Below are positions 43,651-53,429 of a stretch of 64,000 bases of DNA, one piece after another (position 1 is the first letter of the stretch; every line of letters begins with the position of its first letter). This stretch comes from an uncultured Actinomycetes bacterium (GTDB taxonomy: Bacteria; Actinomycetota; Acidimicrobiia; IMCC26256; DASPTH01). Position numbers and translations under genes: made by a program. Below the pieces are notes generated by a model. That model saw only the letters and a list, made by a program, of their open reading frames with translations, was not told where the DNA came from and did no database searches. Where the stretch lies: assembly GCA_963755855.1 (NCBI GenBank), contig CAVWLR010000002.1, positions 143,460-207,459 on the forward strand, in the 5' to 3' direction.

Positions 43651-43677
43651 AACGGTCCGGACCGCGGTCCGGTTCCC
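43651..43677 (-). promoter_or_regulatory. SigE-type ECF promoter for the whiB paralog
   Basis: Minus strand GGGAACCG-N15-CGTT, about 50 nt before the start. Confidence 0.6.
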
Positions 43678-43738
43678 GTAGCCTGACAGAGATCGTACGC
43701 CGCGTCCCATCAGGTCCCGGCAACACTCCAGGAGCCCA

Positions 43739-45022
<1,284 letters not shown>

Positions 45023-45090
45023 GCGTCGGCCGCTGGTGGCCGGTGCCGACCTCTGAGGGTGGCGAAACCCCGGCCGCTACGCTGGCCTGC

Positions 45091-45363
45091 ATGTCGATGC
45101 AGTCCGAAGAGCTCGAGCAGGTACCGCCGCAGGGTCACGTGAAGGTCGTCTACCTCGGCCCGGTCGCCCCGCACTGGGAGGTCCACGGCGTCTTCGGAGA
45201 CGGTCGCATGATCGACGAGTTCCGCCAGCGGGCGGTTGCCCGACTGCAGCTCCTGCCGCCGCACGACCCGCAGTTCCGCCGCAACCGCGAGCGCGTCGCG
45301 CGCGACGCCGAGCGCGAGCACCTCATCCTCGAATGGGACCTCGGCTACGACGAAGGCAGCTGA
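45091..45363 (+). CDS. Hypothetical protein (~90 aa)
   Basis: Good codon bias; VVYLGPVAPHWEV...LLPPHDPQFRRNRER; TACGCT 6 nt upstream. Confidence 0.75.
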   Translation: MSMQSEELEQVPPQGHVKVVYLGPVAPHWEVHGVFGDGRMIDEFRQRAVARLQLLPPHDPQFRRNRERVARDAEREHLILEWDLGYDEGS

Positions 45364-45369
45364 CCGGGA

Positions 45370-46077
45370 CTAGACCGCGGAGGCGGCTTCCCCCGGGTGC
45401 TCGCCCGTCACCATGAAGCCGACGCGCTCGGCGATCGTGACGGCATGATCGGCGATGCGCTCGTAGTGGCGACCCACGAGGGCCATCTGCACCGCGAGGA
45501 GCACGGCGCCCTCGTCGCTGCCGTCGCCCGCGAGCACGTGACGGAAGAGGCTCTTCGTGAGCTCGTCCATCGCGTCGTCCATGTCGGCGAGCGCCGCGGC
45601 CCATGACGGATCGGAATCGGCGAACACGTCGATCGCGACGCGCGTCTGGTTGCTCGCCTGCGTACCCATGCGGTCGATGATCCCGCGCAGCTTCGGGTCG
45701 AGCTGGTGCGGATAGAGACGGCGCGTCGTCTTCGCGACGTTCACCATGAGATCGGCGCTGCGCTCGAGCTCGTGCGCGACGCGCATCACGGTGACGAGGA
45801 AGCGCAGGTCGGTGGCGATCGGCTGTTGACGCGCGAGCAGGAGGAACGTGCGGTCCTCGATCGTGTGCGTGAGCTCGTCGATCACGTCGTCGGCCTCGAT
45901 GACCTCCTCGGCCGCATTGAGATCGCCGTCGAGCAATGCCTGCGTGCCGCCGGCGATCGCCTCGGTGGTGAGCGCGGCCAGGCGGATGACGTCGGTGCGC
46001 AATTCGTCGAGGTCTTCGTGGAACGACTTGCGAGCCTCTTCGGGGGGCTCGCCGTCGGGGAGTGGTGCAATGGTCAC
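45370..46077 (-). CDS. phoU: Phosphate signalling protein PhoU (copy 1)
   Basis: DDVID, QQPIATDLR, ELERSADL, DDAMD and YERIADHA. Confidence 0.95.
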   Translation of the reverse strand: MTIAPLPDGEPPEEARKSFHEDLDELRTDVIRLAALTTEAIAGGTQALLDGDLNAAEEVIEADDVIDELTHTIEDRTFLLLARQQPIATDLRFLVTVMRVAHELERSADLMVNVAKTTRRLYPHQLDPKLRGIIDRMGTQASNQTRVAIDVFADSDPSWAAALADMDDAMDELTKSLFRHVLAGDGSDEGAVLLAVQMALVGRHYERIADHAVTIAERVGFMVTGEHPGEAASAV

Positions 46078-46253
46078 GACGCCTCCGGTGGGGGTGCGAA
46101 CGAAAGGGAACGGCCGGTCGCGGCCGAGTGTGTCGCGCGCGCGGCGGGTTCGTGTCGTTCGAACCCTAGGGTGCGCGCAGTCTTCAGTGCCCGTTTACCT
46201 GCCCGCCACACAAGGGCAACGGCATGGAAACCGCGCGCTCGTAGTGTGACTGT

Positions 46254-46710
46254 CAACCGAGAGCGGCTCTTGGATCCCCCCTCCGAGAGCAGTTCCGGGA
46301 TCTGGCTCTTCTCGGTTGGGAGTGCGTGGCCGACGAAGAGTCGTACGGAGAGTGCGGGGCCGGGAAATCCCCCCTTCCCGGCCCCTCGCTCTCCGAGGGT
46401 CACGTTCGAGGAACGCGGTGGGAAATCCCCCGCCACCTTCTCGTGCTCGGCCCCTCGCTCTCCGAGGGTCACGTTCGAGGAACGCGGTGGGAAATCCCCC
46501 GCCACCTTCTCGTGCTCGGCCCCTCGCTCTCCGAGGGTCACGTTCGAGGAACGCGGTGGGAAATCCCCCGCCACCTTCTCGTGCTCGGCCCCTCGCTCTC
46601 CGAGGGTCACGTTCGAGGAACGCGGTGGGAAATCCCCCGCCACCTTCTCGTGCTCGGCCCCTCGCTCTCCGAGGGTCACCGGCTCTCCGCAGACCACTCG
46701 TGCGGCGAGG
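46254..46710 (+). ncRNA. Candidate 6C-like structured RNA with six C-rich loops
   Basis: TAGTGT -10 at 46242-46247; hairpin 46266-46290 (loop UCCCCCC); 21-bp hairpin 46346-46395 (loop AUCCCCCC); four repeat hairpins with loop GAAAUCCCCCG. Confidence 0.55.
46379..46679. repeat. Perfect 69-bp tandem repeat, about 4.4 copies
   Basis: Unit CGGCCCCTCGCTCTCCGAGGGTCACGTTCGAGGAACGCGGTGGGAAATCCCCCGCCACCTTCTCGTGCT starts at 46379, 46448, 46517, 46586 and 46655 (partial). Confidence 0.97.
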
Positions 46711-46714
46711 GCAG

Positions 46715-47419
46715 TCATCGGCGGAACCTCGAGCTGCGGGTGTGCTCGCCGGTGGCGACGTAGTGGACCTGCTCCGCGATCGTCACCGCGTGATCGCCGA
46801 TGCGTTCGTAGTGACGCGCCACCAGAGCCAGCTGCACCGCCGCGTTGAGGCGTGACTCGTCGACCACTGTGCCTCCGTCGACTTCGAGCACGTGACGGAA
46901 CAGCCGGCGCTCGATCTCGTCCGTGGTGTCGTCCATGTCGGCGAGTGCAGCAGCCCACGACGGGTCGCGGTCGACGAACGCGTTCACCGCCACCCGGAGC
47001 TGCACGGTGACCTGCCGGCTCATGCGGTCGACGAGCGGGCCGGCGATGGCGTCGAGCCGCGCTGGGTGCAGCCGCCAGGTGGTGCGGGCCACGTTGACCA
47101 TGAGGTCGGCGCTGCGTTCCAGCTCGTGCGCGACCCGCAGGGCCACACCCACGAACCGCAGGTCGGCGGGGCAGAGACCGGGGGTGGAGATGATCCGGAG
47201 GCAGTCGTCCTCCACCGCATGGCGGAGCGAATCGATGGCATCGTCGTCGGCGACGACCCGGTCGGCGTGCTCGAGGTCGGCGGCGATCAGCGCCTCGGTG
47301 CCGGATCGGACCGCGTCGAGGGTGAGTGATGCCAGACGCACGACGTCGAGGCGCACGTCGTCGACGCGTTCGCGGACGTGCGGATCCGACTGGCCGGGCA
47401 CGACCTCCGAGGAGACCAC
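46715..47419 (-). CDS. phoU: Phosphate signalling protein PhoU (copy 2, more divergent)
   Basis: DDAID, ADLR, ELERSADL, DDTTD and YERIGDHA; divergent from pstS. Confidence 0.9.
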   Translation of the reverse strand: MVSSEVVPGQSDPHVRERVDDVRLDVVRLASLTLDAVRSGTEALIAADLEHADRVVADDDAIDSLRHAVEDDCLRIISTPGLCPADLRFVGVALRVAHELERSADLMVNVARTTWRLHPARLDAIAGPLVDRMSRQVTVQLRVAVNAFVDRDPSWAAALADMDDTTDEIERRLFRHVLEVDGGTVVDESRLNAAVQLALVARHYERIGDHAVTIAEQVHYVATGEHTRSSRFRR

Positions 47420-47458
47420 GGGGTGATCATGGTGGTGCTGACCAGCCCATCTGCGGCG

Positions 47459-47535
47459 TTCCACCCACTGTTTCCCGCCTGTTCACCTTCGCGCCACCGC
47501 GACGCCACAGCGCGTCCAGGGTGCCTTCGTACGCT
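47459..47535 (+). promoter_or_regulatory. PHO-box array and -10 of pstS
   Basis: 11-nt units TTCCACCCACT GTTTCCCGCCT GTTCACCTTCG CGCCACCGCGA CGCCACAGCGC GTCCAGGGTGC, then TACGCT at 47530. Confidence 0.75.
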
Positions 47536-47580
47536 CCGCGCCGTACAACGACCAGTCCACGTTCCAGGAGGAACACCCAC

Positions 47581-48642
47581 ATGCTCCGTTCGTTCGCTCG
47601 TCGCGGCGGGATCGTGCTCGCCGCGTTGGCGCTGCCGGTGCTGTTCATCGGCAACGCCGCGACAGCCAGCACGCCGACGCAGGCGAAGCTCTCCTCCGCC
47701 ACCATCAACGGTGACGGCTCCACCTTCCAGCTCGGTTTCAACCAGGTGTGCATCGGCGGCTTCAAGCAGCAGCAGAAGGCCGTGACCATCAACTACCAGG
47801 GCAACGGCTCGGGCGCCGGCCGCACCGACTTCGTCAACGGCGTCGTCGACTTCGCGGGCACGGATGCGGCGTACAAGTCGACCGACCCCCAGCCGCCGAA
47901 GCCGTTCCTCTACTTCCCGACGGTGGTGGCGCCGATCACGGTGTCGTACAACCTCTCGGGTGTGAAGCTCAACCTGTCGCCCGAGACGGCGGCGAAGATC
48001 TTCTCGGGTGCGGTGACGACCTGGAACGACGCCGCGATCAAGGCCGACAACCCCAAGGCGAAGCTGCCCAGCACGACGATCACCGTCGTGCACCGCAGTG
48101 ACAGCTCGGGAACCACCGCCAACTTCACCAGCTGGCTGACCAAGGCCGCGCCCACCGACTGGACGCTCGGCAGTGGTTCGACCGTGAGCTGGGGCTCGAG
48201 CACCCAGGGTGCCACCGGCAACTCGGGTGTGGCGAAGCTGGTCAAGGACACCGATGGCGCGGTCGGCTACGTCGACTTCTCCGACGCCAACGCCAGTGAC
48301 CTGACGTACGCGGCGATCAAGAACTCGGCGGGCAAGTTCATCACGCCGAGCCTCGACTCCGCCGCCGCCGCCGCTCAGGGTGCCTCGGTCAACGCCGATC
48401 TGACGTACGACCCCATCAACTCGGATGGTGCGGCTGCGTACCCGATCACCTCGCCGACCTGGATCATCGTCTACACCGACCAGACCGACGCGGCCAAGGG
48501 CAACGCCATCAAGGGCTTCCTGAACTACATCTACAGCGACGGCCAGAAGCTGGCATCGTCGGTGGACTACGCGGGTCTGCCCAAGGGTCTGCTGAAGCAG
48601 GCCAAGGCGCAGGTCAAGCAGATCACCGTCCCTGCGTCGTGA
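47581..48642 (+). CDS. pstS: Phosphate ABC transporter substrate-binding protein
   Basis: GSTF, GSGAG, DFAGTD, HRSDSSGTT and YPI; AGGAGG RBS. Confidence 0.95.
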   Translation: MLRSFARRGGIVLAALALPVLFIGNAATASTPTQAKLSSATINGDGSTFQLGFNQVCIGGFKQQQKAVTINYQGNGSGAGRTDFVNGVVDFAGTDAAYKSTDPQPPKPFLYFPTVVAPITVSYNLSGVKLNLSPETAAKIFSGAVTTWNDAAIKADNPKAKLPSTTITVVHRSDSSGTTANFTSWLTKAAPTDWTLGSGSTVSWGSSTQGATGNSGVAKLVKDTDGAVGYVDFSDANASDLTYAAIKNSAGKFITPSLDSAAAAAQGASVNADLTYDPINSDGAAAYPITSPTWIIVYTDQTDAAKGNAIKGFLNYIYSDGQKLASSVDYAGLPKGLLKQAKAQVKQITVPAS

Positions 48643-48645
48643 TCT

Positions 48646-48700
48646 CGGGCGGGTCGTGCACGGGACGGGTGTCCCCCCGTCCGTCCCGTGCCCCCGCCCG
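48646..48700 (+). terminator. Stem-loop between pstS and pstC (mRNA stabiliser or attenuator)
   Basis: GCACGGGACGG-GTGTCCCCCGT-CCGTCCCGTGC, with an outer CGGGCGGG/CCCGCCCG stem. Confidence 0.65.
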
Positions 48701-48734
48701 ACGACCGCAACTCGCGTAGATTCCGGGTCTCCAC

Positions 48735-49739
48735 ATGGCAGTCACGGCTCCGCCCCGATCGAGTGATCCGTCACCGGCTCCTGCCTCACGGGGGCTGGGG
48801 ACCGGACCGCGACCGCCCGGGATCGTCACCGACCGCATCTTCAAGTGGATCGCGCTGGCCGCGGGTCTCCTCGTCCTCGCCATCCTCGGCCTGATCGCGT
48901 ACACGACCACGAAGAACGCGTGGCCGTGGTTCCGCCAAGAGGGCTTCGGCATCTTCTCCGACAACTGGGACCCGGCGAAGGGCCAGTACGGCGCCGGGGC
49001 GATGATCTACGGCACCTTCCTCGTGGGCATCATCGCCCTCGTGATCGCGGTGCCGGTGAGCATCGGCATCGCGCTCTTCGTCAACGAGATCGCGCCGCGC
49101 AAGCTCAGCAAGCCGGTCATCTACGTCGTCGACCTCCTCGCCGCGATCCCGTCGGTCGTCTACGGCCTCTGGGCCCTGGCGGTGCTCACGCAGCCGTTGG
49201 CCGACATCTACCAGAGCATCTCCGACGCCACGAGCGGCATCCCGATCATCGGCGACCTGACTGCCGACCCGAGCAAGACCGGTCTCAGCTTCATGACCTC
49301 GGGGATCATCGTCGCGATCATGATCACGCCGATCGTCACCTCGCTCACCCGCGAGGTGTTCGCGACCACGCCCTCGTCGCTGAAGGAAGCCGCCTACGGC
49401 ATCGGCGCGACGCGGTGGGAGATGATCAAGGGCTCGATCATCCCGCACAGCCGTGGCGGTCTCGTGTCCGCGGTGATCATCGGTCTCGGTCGTGCCATCG
49501 GCGAGACCATCGCGGTGGCGCTCCTGATCGGCAGCTCGCAGCACATCAGTGCGCACGTCTTCGGCCCCGGTGACACGCTGGCGTCGATCATCGCCAACCA
49601 GTTCAACGAGGCCACGGGCATCCAGCGCGCCGCGCTCATCGGCATGGGTGTCGTGCTGCTGGTGCTCACGGTCGGCGTCGGCATCCTCGCCCGCAGCATC
49701 GTCAACCGGTACGACCGCAAGGCGGGAGTGGTGGCATGA
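48735..49739 (+). CDS. pstC: Phosphate ABC transporter permease PstC
   Basis: LLAAIPSVVYGLW, EAAYGIGATRWE and RAIGET. Confidence 0.95.
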   Translation: MAVTAPPRSSDPSPAPASRGLGTGPRPPGIVTDRIFKWIALAAGLLVLAILGLIAYTTTKNAWPWFRQEGFGIFSDNWDPAKGQYGAGAMIYGTFLVGIIALVIAVPVSIGIALFVNEIAPRKLSKPVIYVVDLLAAIPSVVYGLWALAVLTQPLADIYQSISDATSGIPIIGDLTADPSKTGLSFMTSGIIVAIMITPIVTSLTREVFATTPSSLKEAAYGIGATRWEMIKGSIIPHSRGGLVSAVIIGLGRAIGETIAVALLIGSSQHISAHVFGPGDTLASIIANQFNEATGIQRAALIGMGVVLLVLTVGVGILARSIVNRYDRKAGVVA

Positions 49740-50623
49740 CCGCAGTCGCTCCCAACCTCGCACGGCCGCCGAAGTCGACGTCGCGCAAGGTCAAGAACGC
49801 GCTCGCCACCGTGCTGATCGCGATGGCGTTCCTGATCGCCCTCATCCCGCTCGTCTTCCTCGTCGTGTACGTGGTGCAGCAGGGTCTCAAGGTCTTCAGC
49901 TGGAGCTTCCTCACCGACGACCTGCCCTTCGTCGACCGGTTGCCGGGCGGCGGCATGGGCCCCGCGGTCGTCGGCACACTGGTGATCACCGGCGCGGCGT
50001 CGTTGATGGCCATCCCGCTCGGCATCCTCGGGGGCATCTACCTCAACGAGTACGGCGGTCGGAGCCCGCTGGCGCGCTTCATCCGGTTCCTGTCCGAGGT
50101 GATGACCGGCGTGCCGTCGGTGGTCATGGGTCTGTTCATCTACACGTTGGTCGTGCTGAACACGAAGGAGCGCACCGGCCTCGCGGGTGCGCTCGCGCTG
50201 GCGTGCCTGATGCTGCCGATCGTCATCCGCACCACCGATCAGATGCTCTCGCTGGTGCCGCGGGAGCTGCGCGAGGGCAGCTACGCGCTCGGCAGCCGCA
50301 AGGCGCGCACCATCCGCACCGTCGTGCTCCCGAACGCGGCCCCCGGCATCGTGAGCGGCGCGTTGCTCGCGGTCGCCCGCGCCGCGGGTGAGACCGCACC
50401 ACTGCTCTTCACCATCGGGACCGTCACCGAGACCAACACCAGCCTCCTGAAGGGCCAGAACACCGCCCTGTCGGTGCAGATCTTCCGCAACGCCATCTCG
50501 CCGTTCTCGGTGCAGCAGGACCGGGCCTGGGGCGCGGCGTTGACGCTCATCGGGATCGTGTTCATCGTGACCATCGCCGCCCGTCTGGTGACGGCCTTCT
50601 TCTCCCGCCGGCAGGCGGCATGA
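49736..50623 (+). CDS. pstA: Phosphate ABC transporter permease PstA
   Basis: [16 protein letters not shown] and RAAGETAPL. Confidence 0.95.
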   Translation: MTAVAPNLARPPKSTSRKVKNALATVLIAMAFLIALIPLVFLVVYVVQQGLKVFSWSFLTDDLPFVDRLPGGGMGPAVVGTLVITGAASLMAIPLGILGGIYLNEYGGRSPLARFIRFLSEVMTGVPSVVMGLFIYTLVVLNTKERTGLAGALALACLMLPIVIRTTDQMLSLVPRELREGSYALGSRKARTIRTVVLPNAAPGIVSGALLAVARAAGETAPLLFTIGTVTETNTSLLKGQNTALSVQIFRNAISPFSVQQDRAWGAALTLIGIVFIVTIAARLVTAFFSRRQAA

Positions 50624-51558
50624 CCCCCGAGGACGGATCCGTGCCCACGCTCACCGACCCCACCGCTAACGTCATCGACGTGACCACCGAGGTCGACGCC
50701 ACGCCCGCCGACGTCGAGACCCCCACCGCTCCCGATGCTCCTGACACCCACGCGGCGGACGAAGAGCCGGAGCGCGAGCGCGAGCTCGTCTTCGAGCTGC
50801 GCGACCTGGAGGTGCAGTACAGCGGGCACACCGCGGTGCGCGAGGTCAACCTCGACATCGCCGCCCACGAGATCACCGCGTTCATCGGGCCGTCGGGGTG
50901 CGGGAAGACGACGGTGCTGCGGTGCCTCAACCGCATGCACGACCTCACGCCGGGCGCCAAGGTGATGGGCCGGGTGAGCTACCACGGCGAGAACCTCTAC
51001 GGCGGGAAGGTCGACCCGGCCGAGGTGCGCCGTCGGATCGGGATGGTGTTCCAGAAGCCGAACCCGTTCCCGAAGACGATCTTCGACAACGTCGCGTACG
51101 GCCCCAAGCTGAACGGCAAGAAGCGCTCGGAGCTCAGCGACATCGTCGAACACGCGCTGACGCGCGCTGCGCTGTGGGACGAGGTGAAGGACAAGCTGAA
51201 GCACAGCGGCTTGTCGCTCTCCGGCGGTCAACAGCAGCGTCTCTGCATCGCACACGCCATCGCGGTGCAGCCCGACGTCGTGCTCATGGACGAGCCGTGC
51301 TCCGCGCTCGACCCCATTGCGACCGCGCGCATCGAGGACCTGATGGAAGAGCTCAAGAGCGAGTTCACCATCGTGATCGTCACGCACAACATGCAGCAGG
51401 CGGCGCGCACGTCCGACCGTACGGCGTTCTTCACCGCCGAGGTCGACGACCAGAACCGCCGGGTCGGGCGGCTGGTCGAGTACGACGTCACCGAGAAGCT
51501 GTTCACCGCTCCGAGCGATGCCCGCACCGAGGGCTACATCACAGGTCGGTTCGGTTGA
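50620..51558 (+). CDS. pstB: Phosphate ABC transporter ATPase PstB
   Basis: [33 protein letters not shown] and YITGRFG. Confidence 0.97.
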   Translation: MTPEDGSVPTLTDPTANVIDVTTEVDATPADVETPTAPDAPDTHAADEEPERERELVFELRDLEVQYSGHTAVREVNLDIAAHEITAFIGPSGCGKTTVLRCLNRMHDLTPGAKVMGRVSYHGENLYGGKVDPAEVRRRIGMVFQKPNPFPKTIFDNVAYGPKLNGKKRSELSDIVEHALTRAALWDEVKDKLKHSGLSLSGGQQQRLCIAHAIAVQPDVVLMDEPCSALDPIATARIEDLMEELKSEFTIVIVTHNMQQAARTSDRTAFFTAEVDDQNRRVGRLVEYDVTEKLFTAPSDARTEGYITGRFG

Positions 51559-51562
51559 CCGG

Positions 51563-52678
51563 ATGAGTCCGCAGCGACGCGACCAGACGGCCGAAACCGA
51601 ACTGGCACTGGCCAAGGCGCTCCAGCAGTCGGAGACCGTCATCAGCCAGCGGGACCGGCTGCTCGCCTCGTTCGACGAGTTGCAGCAGGGCGTGCTGGTC
51701 CTGGACGCCGACGGGAACGAGGTGTTCCGCAACGCTGCGGCCGAGCGCTACCGGGATGCCCGGCATGCCGATGCGGTCGTTGCCGGAGCGTTGGATGCCC
51801 TCGTCCTCCGTGCCCTGGAAGGTGAGCGTTGCGAGCGCGAACTGCAGCTGCACACGCCGCCCCGCTCGGTCGTCCGGCTCACCGCCGTGCCCATCCGGAT
51901 CTCCGACCGCGCGCTGGGAGTGGCAGCGTTCGTGAACGACGTCTCGGAGATGCACCGGGTCGAGAGCGTGCGGCGCGACTTCGTGGCCAACGTGAGCCAC
52001 GAGCTGAAGACGCCCATCGGTGCCCTGGAGGTGCTCGCCGAGATCCTGGTCGGCGAAGAGGACCCGGCCGTGATCCGCCCTCTCGCGGAGCGCATCGTGA
52101 AGGAAGCCGAGCGACTGGCGCGCATCGTCGACGATCTCCTCGATCTCAGCCTCATCGAGACCCAGGAGACGCCTCCCCGTGCGCCGATGCCACTCGAAGT
52201 GCTCGTCGACGACGCCGTGGATCAGTTGCGCCCGGCGGCCGCCGCCAGTGGGATCAACCTGCAGGTGCACCCAGGCGTCACCGGCGCCCTCGTGTCGTGC
52301 GAACGCCGGCAGGTGGTGAGCGCGCTCGCGAACCTCATCGACAACGCGGTGAAGTACTCGGAGCCCGGATCACCCGTGACGGTCGGTACCGCACTGCTCG
52401 ACGGTGAGGTCGAGGTGTCGGTGCGCGACGCAGGAATCGGGATCCCGAGCCGCGACCTGGAACGCGTCTTCGAACGGTTCTACCGCGTCGACCAGGCGCG
52501 CAGTCGTGACACCGGCGGCACCGGTCTCGGCTTGTCGATCGTGCGCCACGTGGCGCGCGCCCATGGTGGCGACATCACGGTCGAGTCGGTCGAGGGCCAG
52601 GGCTCCACGTTCCGCTTCGTGCTCCCGCTCGAACCCGAATCGGTCGCGGTGCGGTCACCGCAGCAGGAGAACGTCTGA
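51563..52678 (+). CDS. phoR: Sensor histidine kinase, PhoR/SenX3-like
   Basis: RRDFVANVSHELKTP, NAVKYS, FERFYRVD and GGTGLGL; follows pstB. Confidence 0.9.
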   Translation: MSPQRRDQTAETELALAKALQQSETVISQRDRLLASFDELQQGVLVLDADGNEVFRNAAAERYRDARHADAVVAGALDALVLRALEGERCERELQLHTPPRSVVRLTAVPIRISDRALGVAAFVNDVSEMHRVESVRRDFVANVSHELKTPIGALEVLAEILVGEEDPAVIRPLAERIVKEAERLARIVDDLLDLSLIETQETPPRAPMPLEVLVDDAVDQLRPAAAASGINLQVHPGVTGALVSCERRQVVSALANLIDNAVKYSEPGSPVTVGTALLDGEVEVSVRDAGIGIPSRDLERVFERFYRVDQARSRDTGGTGLGLSIVRHVARAHGGDITVESVEGQGSTFRFVLPLEPESVAVRSPQQENV

Positions 52679-53379
52679 TGCCGGAGGCGCCGCTGATCCT
52701 CGTGGTGGACGACGAGCAGTCGTACCGCGATGCGCTCCGGATCGCGTTGGAGCGGGAAGGGTTCCGGGTCGAGGTCGCCGCCGACGGCGCGGAGGCCATC
52801 GCGCGCTTCGACGCCGTGCGCCCTTCGTTGGTGCTGCTCGACGTGATGCTGCCGCGCATCTCCGGCGTCGACGTGTGCCGTGAGCTGCGGACGCGCTCGC
52901 AGGTGCCGATCATCATGGTCACCGCACGCAATGCCGAGATCGACGCCGTGGTTGGCCTCGAGGTGGGTGCCGACGACTACGTGACCAAGCCGTTCCGGCT
53001 GCGTGAGCTCGTGGCGCGAGTGCGCGCCGCGTTGCGACGTGGTCGGGGCGAGGAGACCGGTGCCGCGCTGCCCGACGAGGTGATCGAGATCGGCGCCGTG
53101 CGCCTCGACGCCGCCCGCCACGAGGTCGCCGTGCGCGGCGAACGCGTCGCGCTGCCGCTGAAGGAGTTCGAGCTGCTCGAGCTGCTGCTCGCCAACGCGG
53201 GGCGGGTGCTCACGCGCGACGTGTTGATCGACCGCGTGTGGGGTCCGAACTACTACGGCGACACCAAGACCCTCGACGTGCACGTGAAGCGCCTGCGGGC
53301 GAAGGTCGAGGACGACCCCGGTCATCCGGCGCGCATCGTCACCGTGCGCGGCGTCGGCTACCGCTACGAGAAGGTCTAG
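52678..53379 (+). CDS. regX3: OmpR-family response regulator, PhoP/RegX3-like
   Basis: Receiver domain plus PLKEFELL and YYGDTKTLDVHVKRLR. Confidence 0.9.
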   Translation: MPEAPLILVVDDEQSYRDALRIALEREGFRVEVAADGAEAIARFDAVRPSLVLLDVMLPRISGVDVCRELRTRSQVPIIMVTARNAEIDAVVGLEVGADDYVTKPFRLRELVARVRAALRRGRGEETGAALPDEVIEIGAVRLDAARHEVAVRGERVALPLKEFELLELLLANAGRVLTRDVLIDRVWGPNYYGDTKTLDVHVKRLRAKVEDDPGHPARIVTVRGVGYRYEKV

Positions 53380-53389
53380 CTCCTCGGAA

Positions 53390-53429
53390 CGCGGTCCGGT
53401 CGGGGCGCGGTTCGGTCGGGGCGCGGTTC
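53390..53429. repeat. Short 16-bp tandem repeat between convergent genes
   Basis: CGCGGTCCGGTCGGGG CGCGGTTCGGTCGGGG CGCGGTTC. Confidence 0.6.

Noticed and set aside
46095-46112. PHO box upstream of phoU copy 1
   Set aside because: GTTCCC and GTTCGC are degenerate and 10 nt apart rather than 11; too weak to call.
46379-46679. CRISPR array
   Set aside because: Units are identical end to end, with no unique spacers and no cas genes in the window.
46074-46958. 23-aa repeat proteins from ORFs crossing the 69-bp array
   Set aside because: 69 is divisible by 3, so several frames stay open; the longer ORFs overlap phoU2 and none has a clear RBS. The hairpin pattern explains the sequence better.
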